64,000 nucleotides of DNA from a virus. A program made the position numbers and the translations under genes. Positions 26,115 to 35,443 of this stretch are shown here, piece by piece. The DNA lies in IMG/VR virus record IMGVR_UViG_3300022919_000004, positions 9,315 to 73,314 of that record; one strand, 5' to 3'. Positions within the stretch are counted from its first letter, which is position 1. Each line of letters starts with the position of its first letter. The notes under the pieces were generated by a model. The model made no database searches, was not told where the DNA came from, and worked only from the letters and a program-made list of their open reading frames with translations.

Positions 26115-26487
26115 TGAATTAAGGATTGGGAATTTAGTGACCGATGAATGGGCGCCAAAAGGCGTTTGGCCTGTAGTTAAATTCACAGATAAAAAAGTAT
26201 GGTACGGTACGTTCAATTGCCGACTAGAAAGTGCTAGACCAATCCCCCTAACAGAAGAATGGCTGTTGAAGTTTGGTTTTACTCCATCTAATCACAATAA
26301 TGCTAGCTACAAGGCTTTTGATTTTGGAATTTATAGAATATACTTATCAAAACCTAAATTTGAATTTTGGGTTTTAGATACCGACTACGAAGAAGTTGCT
26401 TACTGTAAATTACGTGATTTATCTTACGTACATCAACTTCAAAACCTACATTTTACGCTAACAGATGAAGAACTAACTATCTGTTAG
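26104..26487 (+). CDS. conserved phage hypothetical protein
   Basis: ELRIGNLV...IPLTEEWLLKFGF...YVHQLQNL. Confidence 0.7.
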   Translation: MKASELRIGNLVTDEWAPKGVWPVVKFTDKKVWYGTFNCRLESARPIPLTEEWLLKFGFTPSNHNNASYKAFDFGIYRIYLSKPKFEFWVLDTDYEEVAYCKLRDLSYVHQLQNLHFTLTDEELTIC

Positions 26488-26818
26488 GCGGGTTACTCGC
26501 AGTCGCGATAATAACCAAACTTTCCCAGTACGTGTAATCCGGTATCGCTGAAATAACCTGATAGTATGCACCACGATACTCAATTTTCATATTTTCTACA
26601 ACAACCTTATCACGCCTATCCCGAACTTCAAACTTCATTGCCGGGATTAGGCGTTCTTGGTTCGCTTCTAATGTACGCCCAGATCTTACTGGCGTTACTT
26701 TAGCAAATGTAGACCAATACGGCACTGAATTAGGATAAGATCCCCCGGCACCGTCGTCTACGTCCTCAAACCGAACGATTGTTATTTTCTGGTTTAGTTC
26801 GCCTGAATTGAATTTCAT
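26477..26818 (-). CDS. head closure (SPP1 gp16-like) protein
   Basis: GELNQKITI...DGAGG...FAKV.P..S.R. Confidence 0.8.
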   Translation of the reverse strand: MKFNSGELNQKITIVRFEDVDDGAGGSYPNSVPYWSTFAKVTPVRSGRTLEANQERLIPAMKFEVRDRRDKVVVENMKIEYRGAYYQVISAIPDYTYWESLVIIATASNPPNR

Positions 26819-27396
26819 AGGATCGGATTTCGGGAATATGATGAAACAAGTACGGCAGAAGTTTGACTGATCTGGTCTAAATCCGGCATACCTCGCATTT
26901 TGAACAAGTAGTCTACTTCTGATAGCCATGCGTTTTTTAATGCTTTAGGCAGATCGTCATATCCTGTAAGATACGTTACAGAATACATTTCGTTGCAAGC
27001 CGCTGCGTTCCATGTCCATGGTTCTACATATCCGTCATGGTAAAACCATTCTATCCCACTGCCCGAAACGCTGTTGATAGCGATACGCTTTGCCTGGTAA
27101 TTGGAAAGGGTATAAGCTGATTCGGCTATATCTCCATCCTTACCCTTAACCTCTGTTATATCTCCCGTTGGGGATAAAGGCAACTCTAACGGATACCCCG
27201 GCCACTGAACGGTTATTGAACGCTGGACTAAACCGATATTCAAGTACGCTTCTATCCTTTGACGTGCCGCTGAGATAAGCAAAGTTAGTTCGTCATCAAA
27301 TGCCGTATAATCAGCATCAATACGGGAAAAGTTCTTAACCTCCGCAAGCGTAACCGTTTCGGTGAAATCGGTATCGTCAATTATTTGGTAGCTCAT
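26815..27396 (-). CDS. head-tail connector (HK97 gp6/SPP1 gp15-like)
   Basis: VTLAEVKNFSRID...DELTLLISAARQRIE..L. Confidence 0.8.
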   Translation of the reverse strand: MSYQIIDDTDFTETVTLAEVKNFSRIDADYTAFDDELTLLISAARQRIEAYLNIGLVQRSITVQWPGYPLELPLSPTGDITEVKGKDGDIAESAYTLSNYQAKRIAINSVSGSGIEWFYHDGYVEPWTWNAAACNEMYSVTYLTGYDDLPKALKNAWLSEVDYLFKMRGMPDLDQISQTSAVLVSSYSRNPIL

Positions 27397-27406
27397 GGAT
27401 ATAAAG

Positions 27407-27422
27407 GTATCGAACTTGTTAC
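27407..27422. promoter_or_regulatory. box GTATCG-AACT-TGTTAC overlapping TACCTTTA-TATCC-ATG
   Basis: 10/12 match. Confidence 0.6.
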
Positions 27423-27472
27423 ATAAAACCAAATGAGTAATTTGTTACCTTTAGTGTAAACGAAAAAACATT

Positions 27473-27679
27473 ATGATCAGAGTTAGAAGAAATCTTAAAT
27501 ACGTATTAGGGGTTGCCTGTTTAGGCTTATTTATTGGAGTAACTATAGAGTTTTACAAAATGCTAAAGTTCTATGATTGTTCGCTGTCAGGGTACATCTG
27601 CTTTTCTTCTTTTATGCTAGCTATATTTTGTGTAATGTCAGCATTCTATTTTGATGCTTTCATAAAACGAGACGCTTAA
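27473..27679 (+). CDS. 2-TM moron protein
   Basis: Two hydrophobic segments. Confidence 0.55.
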   Translation: MIRVRRNLKYVLGVACLGLFIGVTIEFYKMLKFYDCSLSGYICFSSFMLAIFCVMSAFYFDAFIKRDA

Positions 27680-27937
27680 ATGTTCCGCCCTCAAAACCGA
27701 TGTAACGGCAAAACCGCCTACCCATCAAAAGAGAAAGCAAACGAAACAGCAAAGCACTTGAATGGATTAGGCGGTAAACGTGTTGTTGCATACCACTGCA
27801 AAGACTGCGGATCTGTTCACGTTGGTCACGAAAGCAAAGGCCGTAAAATGTCGGCTGATAAAACAGGAAAAAACAAAATTATACACCATAACCATGTGCC
27901 TGGGGTACATAGGATAAAATTAGATGATTATGAGTAG
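27680..27937 (+). CDS. small Zn-finger-like protein
   Basis: RCNGKTAYPS...YHCKDCGSVHVGH. Confidence 0.65.
   Translation: MFRPQNRCNGKTAYPSKEKANETAKHLNGLGGKRVVAYHCKDCGSVHVGHESKGRKMSADKTGKNKIIHHNHVPGVHRIKLDDYE
27769..27933 (+). repeat. 165-bp direct repeat, copy b
   Basis: See copy a. Confidence 0.9.
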
Positions 27938-28082
27938 CAGCGGAAAAATAGTAATAGGATTACAAACTTTAAGTCGTATTCTTTGGGTTTCATCAATGAT
28001 ATTGAGTGGATTTGATATTATGAAATTGTTGATTGTAATATTGTCACTGAACATTATAGCGTTAGCCAAATACATTAAATAA
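27930..28082 (+). CDS. 50-aa membrane microprotein
   Basis: Manual: MSSSGKIVIGLQTLSRILWVSSMILSGFDIMKLLIVILSLNIIALAKYIK. Confidence 0.5.
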   Translation: MSSSGKIVIGLQTLSRILWVSSMILSGFDIMKLLIVILSLNIIALAKYIK

Positions 28083-28114
28083 AAAAAGCCCGGCTATTTC
28101 ACAACTGCCGGGCT
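28081..28114 (-). terminator. intrinsic terminator
   Basis: GCCCGGC-N12-GCCGGGC with T7 on - strand. Confidence 0.7.
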
Positions 28115-28139
28115 AAACCTAAAACAAAACAAACTATAC

Positions 28140-28478
28140 CTATTTCTTTTCGCGAGCTTTACGCGTTTTAACTTCTTTCACTGGCTCGGCTTCCGCTTCC
28201 TCTTCCGGCGCTATCGTTTCATCCATCTGATTTATAATTGCCAAAGCCGCTTGTTTCTCCGCTTCAGTTGAATTCCCTGCAGCGATTCGTTCCGCTTTAT
28301 CCTGCTCAGTTTCGACAATCTCCGCGTCATCCGGTGCGATATCAGCTAATTTGTGTTCTGTCAAATAATCCGCGTCTGCCTGGCTACATTCAAATACATT
28401 TCCCGGATCGTAAATCCGGCCTGTTGGAGCAAATATAAACCTAACATTTGCCTTTACTTTTAAAGTCTCTTTTTTCAT
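28140..28478 (-). CDS. small capsid-associated protein downstream of MCP
   Basis: Position; acidic tail; TATCTTTA-TAACT-ATG. Confidence 0.55.
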   Translation of the reverse strand: MKKETLKVKANVRFIFAPTGRIYDPGNVFECSQADADYLTEHKLADIAPDDAEIVETEQDKAERIAAGNSTEAEKQAALAIINQMDETIAPEEEAEAEPVKEVKTRKAREKK

Positions 28479-28502
28479 AGTTATAAAGATATGCAATGAT
28501 AC

Positions 28503-28535
28503 GAAAAAACCCTGTAACATTTCTATTACAGGGTT
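28503..28535 (-). terminator. MCP terminator containing box GTAACA-TTTC-TATTAC (28514-28529)
   Basis: AACCCTGTAA/TTACAGGGTT stem followed by T-run on - strand. Confidence 0.75.
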
Positions 28536-28552
28536 CTATACTTATTTAGCTA

Positions 28553-29860
28553 CTATGGCTTAGTTAAAGCGGTAATAGCAGCGGCAAACGTACCTTTCAC
28601 GAACGCTGGCAACCAGTTTGATTTAACAAACAGAACGGCCCTCATTTCAGCTAAGATAGTCACTAAGTTTTTGATGAAGTCATCATTAACGTAACCGATC
28701 TGTATGTTAACGTCCTCGCGGATAGCTAAAGTTGCTTTTTTGAAGTCACCCGCAAGGAATGAACCTACAGCAACACCATTGTTAGCAACAATACGCAGAC
28801 CTGCGATAGTCATACCGTCAACTGAACTGAATGGCGGCAACAGGTAGCGTCCTTCTGCATCTTTGATTAACTGCATTGCGTAGTAATCAGCAGGGTTAAC
28901 GACAATGGTATCCCCCATGAAGTTCGCTGCAGCTAATTGAGCAACAGCAGCTACCATTACGTCGAAACGATTCGGTGTAGGCACTAACAATGCCATTGTG
29001 GAAACGGCTGCGAACGTAGGCGCAACAGTTAAAATACCTTTAAGGTTAGGGCTTGTACCATCACCAGACAGGATTTGTTCATCCAACTTCAACGCAACCA
29101 GTTCGCGCAGTTCGGTGTTAATCTCGCCTTGCAGGAACTTGATGTCTGCTAATGCTTCTTTAGATACCTTAATCCAAACCGCAATTTTCTCAACTTTTGC
29201 AGTTGCTTCTACGATGTCGAAATCAGTTTGCGGTTTAGTAGCGCCCTCATCAACAGTACCGGCCACACCAGGGTCAGCATTTTTCTGCTCAGCCCATGCG
29301 ATGTACATATTATCAGTAGTGATGATACGCACCAATTCGCGCATGAATGGTTGACGACGAACGATTCGCGCAAATTCAGGGTCCCATGAAGTAAGGCCGA
29401 TCGTACCGGTGTAGTTCGTGCTGATCTGCATCGTTCCGGCTGCTTTCATAGTGAAGTTTACAGATCCTTTAGAATTATCTTGCAAATCCTTCAGTTGCGC
29501 TTTGTTAGCTTCAACATATTCTTTCAGCTCAGCTTCAAAAGCCTTAACTGTTCCTTTATCGCCAGCTTTCAGACCAGAAACAACTTTAGCAACATTGTCG
29601 TGTTGTTTTTGCATTTCTGCAAGGATCGTTTCAAGTGCTTTCTCCTGGTTGTCTGCGGTGTCTTTCAGCTTCATTGATTTGAATGCTTTTTCGGCAATTT
29701 CAGCAATCAACTTGTTAGCTTCATCAGAACCAACTTCGGCCTTTAGCAAGGCTGCAAGGTTATGGGCCACATACTTTTGAGCAACGTCTTCCGCTGTCTC
29801 TTTTACAACTTTCATTGCCGCTTCTTTTTCGGCTAATGCTGTTTTTTCTTCTTCCGTCAT
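28553..29860 (-). CDS. HK97-fold major capsid protein with N-terminal delta domain
   Basis: KIAVWIKVSKEAL.D, LDEQILSGDG, D..KNLVTILAEMR. Confidence 0.92.
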   Translation of the reverse strand: MTEEEKTALAEKEAAMKVVKETAEDVAQKYVAHNLAALLKAEVGSDEANKLIAEIAEKAFKSMKLKDTADNQEKALETILAEMQKQHDNVAKVVSGLKAGDKGTVKAFEAELKEYVEANKAQLKDLQDNSKGSVNFTMKAAGTMQISTNYTGTIGLTSWDPEFARIVRRQPFMRELVRIITTDNMYIAWAEQKNADPGVAGTVDEGATKPQTDFDIVEATAKVEKIAVWIKVSKEALADIKFLQGEINTELRELVALKLDEQILSGDGTSPNLKGILTVAPTFAAVSTMALLVPTPNRFDVMVAAVAQLAAANFMGDTIVVNPADYYAMQLIKDAEGRYLLPPFSSVDGMTIAGLRIVANNGVAVGSFLAGDFKKATLAIREDVNIQIGYVNDDFIKNLVTILAEMRAVLFVKSNWLPAFVKGTFAAAITALTKP

Positions 29861-29865
29861 TTCGA

Positions 29866-30690
29866 CTAATTTAAAAAGTGTGAATAAAATGATTTACTTT
29901 TTTGACTGCTCGATGGCGGGTCTATTTGAGTGGATTTCTCCGGCTCAGTATTGTTTATGTTGCCTGTAACGGAATTGCTCCCTAATACGACAAGGCTTGA
30001 TTCCCGAACGTTCTTTGCTTCTTTAACTACAAAGAAATAAGGAATATATTCAAAGTCTGCTTTATTGGCAATCATTGGCAGGTATTCATCATAACGCTGT
30101 TTCTCCGTTTCGTCTGACGGGTGGTTGCTATCCATAGCAAGTTCGATAGTCACGTATTGCATCCTAACGCTTGCTTCGATCTGATCGCCTGATTCTAACC
30201 ATTCCTTAGCCTTAGCATGGACTACCTTATCTTTAGGGAACTTATAGATCAATGCCTGAGTATCTCCCTGGTATGGTTGCCCTAGTAAAGCGAATGGCAT
30301 TTTAACAACCATCATTTCAATGTATTCCTTTCTGACAATAACATCGTCAATACACAATTCGTGGTCGGCAACTAAATAGTTATTCCCTTGCTGCTCTTTG
30401 ATTGACTTATTCCAGATCCCATCAATATGTAAATCGTTGTGGCTATCCAATATCCGGGTAGTGTTCACAGCGATATAGTAATAAGCATCATCTATTTTCA
30501 AAGCCTTTACCTGATCGGAGAGTTTAAGCAAATCAAGGGATTTACAGGTTACAGCGACACCTTTATCGCATGATTTCTGTATGTCGGCCTTTTTAAGGTC
30601 GATAATGCCTTTAATGTTACCCCTGAACTCGGTGAACATTTCCTCTTTAGTTGAAAACTCGCGCTTAGGAAAATAAATGCTTTTTATCAC
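29866..30690 (-). CDS. prohead protease (HK97-like, divergent)
   Basis: DSHND...LVADH...EASVRM...ESSLVVLGSN; position before MCP. Confidence 0.7.
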   Translation of the reverse strand: MIKSIYFPKREFSTKEEMFTEFRGNIKGIIDLKKADIQKSCDKGVAVTCKSLDLLKLSDQVKALKIDDAYYYIAVNTTRILDSHNDLHIDGIWNKSIKEQQGNNYLVADHELCIDDVIVRKEYIEMMVVKMPFALLGQPYQGDTQALIYKFPKDKVVHAKAKEWLESGDQIEASVRMQYVTIELAMDSNHPSDETEKQRYDEYLPMIANKADFEYIPYFFVVKEAKNVRESSLVVLGSNSVTGNINNTEPEKSTQIDPPSSSQKSKSFYSHFLN

Positions 30691-30812
30691 TTGTTAACTG
30701 GTTTATTTATGTACTTCAGCTTTTTGCTAATAGCGTCCTTAACTTTAGGATCTTCTACGCGTTCACGTATGGCCTTTAGTTCTTGTTCGATATCTTTATC
30801 CAGCTTGCCCAT
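30687..30812 (-). CDS. 41-aa coiled peptide coupled to the protease
   Basis: Manual: MGKLDKDIEQELKAIRERVEDPKVKDAISKKLKYINKPVNK; GTGA overlap. Confidence 0.6.
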   Translation of the reverse strand: MGKLDKDIEQELKAIRERVEDPKVKDAISKKLKYINKPVNK

Positions 30813-30816
30813 AATT

Positions 30817-30832
30817 GTAACAATAATGATAC
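30817..30832. promoter_or_regulatory. box GTAACA-ATAA-TGATAC in the capsid-operon leader
   Basis: 11/12 match. Confidence 0.7.
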
Positions 30833-30862
30833 GAATATATGCAAAAGATTTGAAATGCAAAT

Positions 30863-30901
30863 AAAAAAGAAAATCCGGCCAAAATTAATTGAACCGGATT
30901 T
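30863..30901 (-). terminator. intrinsic terminator
   Basis: AAATCCGG...CCGGATTT then T-run. Confidence 0.65.
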
Positions 30902-30922
30902 GCGATCTGACGGGAATTGGAG

Positions 30923-31201
30923 TTAAGCGAATACATGGAACACTAGGCTATTGCTCATTAATACTGTATCAACGAAATTTAAAGAATATTCCCCTATGTC
31001 GAAATGTATATCATGACCTGTGCCAACTATCATTATTTGTTTAGGCTTATTGGAACATCTTGTGTCAACTAAGCACCATATGCATAATTTACCATTTTGT
31101 TCTTTTGCAGATAATACTTGAGCTCCTGCTGGCATATCTATATACTGCCCATCTTTAATTTCAATTTCATATTTGAATATTTTATTTTTTCTCAATGACA
31201 T
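30923..31201 (-). CDS. conserved phage hypothetical protein
   Basis: IFKYEIEI...MPAGAQVLS...LCIWCLVD...GTGH. Confidence 0.7.
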   Translation of the reverse strand: MSLRKNKIFKYEIEIKDGQYIDMPAGAQVLSAKEQNGKLCIWCLVDTRCSNKPKQIMIVGTGHDIHFDIGEYSLNFVDTVLMSNSLVFHVFA

Positions 31202-31220
31202 ATATTTTGTTTTTAAGTTT

Positions 31221-32057
31221 CTAACTAGCCCCCACCAATTTACCGTTAACAATCCGGCCTAATTTTACATAGCGGTTATAACGATTTGCCGTCATGATCG
31301 ACTGCGTACACCTGCAACCAATTCGATTTTTAGCAGACAAATGAACGTCCCCTGGTCTAATCGCTTGCTCTCCACCAACTATGTAAGTTTCCGACAAAGG
31401 CAATATTGTATCGTTAACTTCTTTATGTGATTCACGTTCTTTTGCGTCGTTTCTCCCTAACCAAACATGATAACCCCCGCCACCCTGTTCATCAACCCAT
31501 GACTGAGCGGCAATAGATTTTCCTAGATTAGCGATTGTCGTTACCTCGGTCCTGCTTATAGTCCCCGCCCTCATTTTAGCACGTTGCCCTAAGCCTTTAA
31601 GAAATAACCTAACCCGTCCTTCTCTATCCATATCCAAATCGGCAACATCACCTAAAGCCCTGCGTATCATTTCGACCGTAGTATCGTTTAGCTCGCGTTG
31701 TATTTGGTAAACGTACTGTAATGCGTAATCTTTCAGTTTACCGGACCAAACATCTACCAGAAAATCTATTGCGCTTGCCTTGGTTGCCGTTGGTTCGTTT
31801 TTACGCTGCCTGTAATATTCCGATTTAGCCATTTTCATGCCCGTAATCTCATAAGCGCGTTGGTATACCGGCTGCCATACGTTACGGTTGATTAACTGCT
31901 CTACCGGGATATTATCCGTCCCTTCCAGTTCAGAGTATGTTATAACCGGCTGTATAGACTGCATTATAGCTTTACGAAATAACGGCAATAGCTGTTTTTC
32001 CGCTGTCTTATGAAAACGGTTCCAGATTATTCGCTCTTCTCGGAATTCTTTAAGCAT
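31221..32057 (-). CDS. MuF/SPP1 gp7-like head morphogenesis protein
   Basis: RAGTISRTE, W....D..RESH, RPGD..LSA..RIGCRC. Confidence 0.85.
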   Translation of the reverse strand: MLKEFREERIIWNRFHKTAEKQLLPLFRKAIMQSIQPVITYSELEGTDNIPVEQLINRNVWQPVYQRAYEITGMKMAKSEYYRQRKNEPTATKASAIDFLVDVWSGKLKDYALQYVYQIQRELNDTTVEMIRRALGDVADLDMDREGRVRLFLKGLGQRAKMRAGTISRTEVTTIANLGKSIAAQSWVDEQGGGGYHVWLGRNDAKERESHKEVNDTILPLSETYIVGGEQAIRPGDVHLSAKNRIGCRCTQSIMTANRYNRYVKLGRIVNGKLVGAS

Positions 32058-32524
32058 TAGGAATCGAAATCAGCATCATGAATATAAGTAACCCATTTGG
32101 ATGACCCAAATTTCATGTATGCAAAATCTGCAGACTCTGAATAATACCCATTTGATTCTCCATGAAATTTTATGTCAACGTAGCCCTTAATGGTAGCTAA
32201 TTTGAAAAACGTGAATGTAACAGATTCTGGTTTGTAATCGCCATCAGAATTAACCTCTGACCCATATTCATTTTTTAAAGTAAAACTAGCTAAATACTTT
32301 TCAGTAAAATCATCAGAATTTATTTCTTCTGCCTTTAATATTGGTGCACCAACTAAATCTAACAAATCGCCAACAATATCATCAATAGTTACGGACTCGC
32401 AACAATCTTGATCGTGGTATAATTTATACCTGTCCCCATTTTCGCAAACAAAAATTATTTCATCTTCAATTTTATTAACTTCCGTAAATACCTTACCTAC
32501 AAGTTCGCTTATTTCATGTCTCAT
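32057..32524 (-). CDS. conserved acidic phage protein
   Basis: YHDQDCCESV.IDDIVGDL...GESNGYYSE. Confidence 0.7.
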   Translation of the reverse strand: MRHEISELVGKVFTEVNKIEDEIIFVCENGDRYKLYHDQDCCESVTIDDIVGDLLDLVGAPILKAEEINSDDFTEKYLASFTLKNEYGSEVNSDGDYKPESVTFTFFKLATIKGYVDIKFHGESNGYYSESADFAYMKFGSSKWVTYIHDADFDS

Positions 32525-32558
32525 ACACGCAATTTACAAATCTTCACTAACATACGGC

Positions 32559-32574
32559 GTAACAATTTCGATAC
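32559..32574. promoter_or_regulatory. box GTAACA-ATTT-CGATAC upstream of gene 32524
   Basis: 10/12 match. Confidence 0.55.
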
Positions 32575-32643
32575 CTAACATAAAACCTTCAGTCAGCCCC
32601 GCTTCGTATGCTGCGATCAAATCGGTAGCGTCAAGTTCTAATA

Positions 32644-34011
32644 TCATAGCCCTTCAGCGTTTGGATCCGCCTCAATTTCACCGCTCACAACGTCCTCGAT
32701 AAGCATAAGGCCAGATGCTACTAAAATAGCCTTACCAATATCGCCACCTACTGCATCATAACTGTAAATAGCTCGTTTTTCATCGACACTTAAATCAGGT
32801 TTACCAAATACTGAAGCCATAAGGGCCAAATCAGGAGCAAGCTCGGTAAACTCGGTTAAGTCATGGCAGGCGATAATATCCGGCCACCACTGTTTAATTA
32901 TAGCGTTTAGTTTCTGGTCAAACTTGCGTAGTTCGGATATAATCAGGTTCGTGACTAATGATTTATACCCTGTAATAATACTGTTTTCACTGCTTTGAGA
33001 CGCTACCGGTGTTAATGCCCAGGGGATGCCCATAATAGCGAATATATTTTTCCAGTTGTTTTCCTCAGACTTGACTAACTCCATTTCGGCAAGCGTATCG
33101 CCATAAGGGGTCACAGTAACCTCAGCGTTAGTGAATTTCATTCGCCTATTGTTACGCGCACCGGACATATCGTTCTGAATAGTCTTTTGAAGGTCTGCCA
33201 TTTCAGTAACGGTCATCTTACCGACCCGTTTACCCTCAGACGTAACGTCAACCTTAGACCCAAACAAGGTTCCACGCCCACCGTTCTCAAATGCGGCCCC
33301 CTGAGCGGTTATATTTGCTTGATTGAGTGATATATCTCCTATTGCTATTTCGTCAACACCTAGTCCCTTTAAATCGGCTATATTGGGATTCCAGTGTTTA
33401 AGGTGTAGTATCCTATCTTTCTCTATCGTGATCTGCTGCCCATTATCGCAAGTGTATAGGTAGTAAGCGACCGGGCTGAACTTCGACACATCATCTTTAA
33501 CAATGGTAATACGGTCACGATCTAGTGAGTGAACGGTAACAGGCAAGACATTACGGGATAATTCAGCGTCTAACCCCTCGAAATAAAGGAACCCATCCCC
33601 GAACTGGTAGTTATACCAAAAGTCTGCCATCCCCTCCATGCCCAAAATATCAAATAGTTCGTTTAACGGGTGGTCTTCTAATTCAGTAAGCGTCTGTGAT
33701 TTTATGAACGCTCTATTCTCGTTGGATATGGCTTTGGAATAGAACTTATTGAACTTTCGAGCTGCAGGTTTGTTTTTCGCCTGGCTAAACATAACCGGTG
33801 CCTCTGTGATCTTGCGAACGAATATATTTGCCCCAGCATAGAATATCTTATTTGAGTATGCCGATTTGTTGCTTAACCCCATCAAGCGGAATGTATTACC
33901 CATCAGCATTGATACACCCGTAGCGTAGTTCGGGAAGGTATTGTTTAACGCTTTAACCACCGGAGCCATTACAACGGAAGCTACATTTTTTAAGTAGTGA
34001 GTTAATCCCAT
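32644..34011 (-). CDS. HK97-family portal protein
   Basis: Position after TerL; ILHLKHWNP...GL, FENGG; ATG 34011 preferred. Confidence 0.85.
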   Translation of the reverse strand: MGLTHYLKNVASVVMAPVVKALNNTFPNYATGVSMLMGNTFRLMGLSNKSAYSNKIFYAGANIFVRKITEAPVMFSQAKNKPAARKFNKFYSKAISNENRAFIKSQTLTELEDHPLNELFDILGMEGMADFWYNYQFGDGFLYFEGLDAELSRNVLPVTVHSLDRDRITIVKDDVSKFSPVAYYLYTCDNGQQITIEKDRILHLKHWNPNIADLKGLGVDEIAIGDISLNQANITAQGAAFENGGRGTLFGSKVDVTSEGKRVGKMTVTEMADLQKTIQNDMSGARNNRRMKFTNAEVTVTPYGDTLAEMELVKSEENNWKNIFAIMGIPWALTPVASQSSENSIITGYKSLVTNLIISELRKFDQKLNAIIKQWWPDIIACHDLTEFTELAPDLALMASVFGKPDLSVDEKRAIYSYDAVGGDIGKAILVASGLMLIEDVVSGEIEADPNAEGL

Positions 34012-34019
34012 GCCCAAAT

Positions 34020-34035
34020 GTAACTACAATGTTGC
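34020..34035. promoter_or_regulatory. box GTAACT-ACAA-TGTTGC overlapping TACATTTG-GGC-ATG of portal
   Basis: 10/12 match. Confidence 0.65.
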
Positions 34036-34043
34036 ATAAAAGC

Positions 34044-34073
34044 AAAAAGCCAGACTACTTGCGTAAATCTGGC
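34044..34073 (-). terminator. terminator after TerL
   Basis: GCCAGA-N13-TCTGGC-TTTTT. Confidence 0.65.
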
Positions 34074-34138
34074 CTGCCTTGCTTCATCGCACTAATCCAG
34101 CTTTCATCAAATCAGCCGACTGTCACAAGGGCTTTACC

Positions 34139-35443
34139 TTACCCAGCCCCAAATTGGAAATCTTCTTCTCCATCGCTAAGTTCAAAATACATCCGCATCA
34201 TTATCGCGTCTGAATAATCCGGTGATCTACCTAACAATTCCTTAACGGCATCTTTTGGTATAATCTTCTTTTTACCGTCCTTATCCATGTCTTTCTGCTT
34301 AACCTGTTCAAGTTCTTCAATAGTTTCGGCTATCATATCACTGTCGGTAATACACCCTAAGTACATTTGCGAAGCGTTAACGATTTCTGATAGCTTGTAG
34401 TAGCATTGAGCCTTTATGTTTTCAAAGTTTTCAGAATAACGAGCTGTTGAGTTGTTAACAAAACCTTTGCACCCTAAAATATCCATAACGCCGCCACCCA
34501 CACCATCTTCATCTACTATAACATGATCCAATGGGATCATATATTCGTTACGTAAATCAGCAATTTCTTGTGCTACCCATGTTGTAGCTTTTTTAGATAG
34601 AACAACTATTTTAACTGCGCGTAATCCATCCCAAACTATGATAACGGATTTATCTTTACCAAAACGCGCAATATCGGCAGTAATATACTTCTTGCCGGAT
34701 CTAACAAATGTATTTGTCCAAAGATTGTTTATTGCATCAATGCTCATTAACGCAGCGGGATCGTCATCATATTCCCAGTTCCCATAGTAAAGACGTTCCC
34801 GGCTATTTTTCTCCATCCTAAGTAACCGCTGAACGTAGGATGCTGGTAAATATGGGTTGTCTTTTGGTAATGCCTGTATAAACTTAATGTCATTGCGCAA
34901 AACACCGTCACGACTAGGTTTATAAACTTTGGTGTATACCCAGCCTTTCGATGGGTTGCAACTGCCTAGCTGTTTAGGCATTAAATCAAACTCGTTTAGC
35001 TTATACCTGATACGCGACCCTACAACGTCCCATGCCTTATGAACAATCTGATTGCATTCGTCTACAAACGCCCTGGTAATTTCTAACGAACCTAAACTAT
35101 CAAACTCCTTATCCGATGGGTAAAGAAATAAATCTTTCAGTAGCGTATCGCTACCGTTTTTCCAGTGGATTATATTTTCCTGCGCATTGAACTTGAATTG
35201 ATTTGATACTTTATGGATATCAGCCTGTTCAAAGAAAGTATTTAGGGTTGTCTCCTTTAGTGTTTTGAGCTTTGACCTACCTAATAGCCCCCGCGAACCC
35301 GGATATTTCTGTGCCTGCTCTATTTCACGCAAACAACCTAAAGCAGTTTTACCACCTCCAGCAGCACCTCCATAGATCAACTCAGATGTTACCCGGTCGT
35401 TCAAATAGAAAACTGCATTCTTTTGCTTAGGCAGTAACGGCAT
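34139..35443 (-). CDS. terL: terminase large subunit
   Basis: YGGAAGGGKT Walker A, FVDE Walker B, SCNP, ADIARFGKD, SPDYSDA. Confidence 0.93.
   Translation of the reverse strand: MPLLPKQKNAVFYLNDRVTSELIYGGAAGGGKTALGCLREIEQAQKYPGSRGLLGRSKLKTLKETTLNTFFEQADIHKVSNQFKFNAQENIIHWKNGSDTLLKDLFLYPSDKEFDSLGSLEITRAFVDECNQIVHKAWDVVGSRIRYKLNEFDLMPKQLGSCNPSKGWVYTKVYKPSRDGVLRNDIKFIQALPKDNPYLPASYVQRLLRMEKNSRERLYYGNWEYDDDPAALMSIDAINNLWTNTFVRSGKKYITADIARFGKDKSVIIVWDGLRAVKIVVLSKKATTWVAQEIADLRNEYMIPLDHVIVDEDGVGGGVMDILGCKGFVNNSTARYSENFENIKAQCYYKLSEIVNASQMYLGCITDSDMIAETIEELEQVKQKDMDKDGKKKIIPKDAVKELLGRSPDYSDAIMMRMYFELSDGEEDFQFGAG

Noticed and set aside
27430-27455. Additional operator box at the 27473 promoter
   Set aside because: Only one half-site (TGTTAC) is present
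34029-34217. 62-aa plus-strand ORF
   Set aside because: Overlaps the TerL terminator, portal operator and TerL 3' end; no coding support
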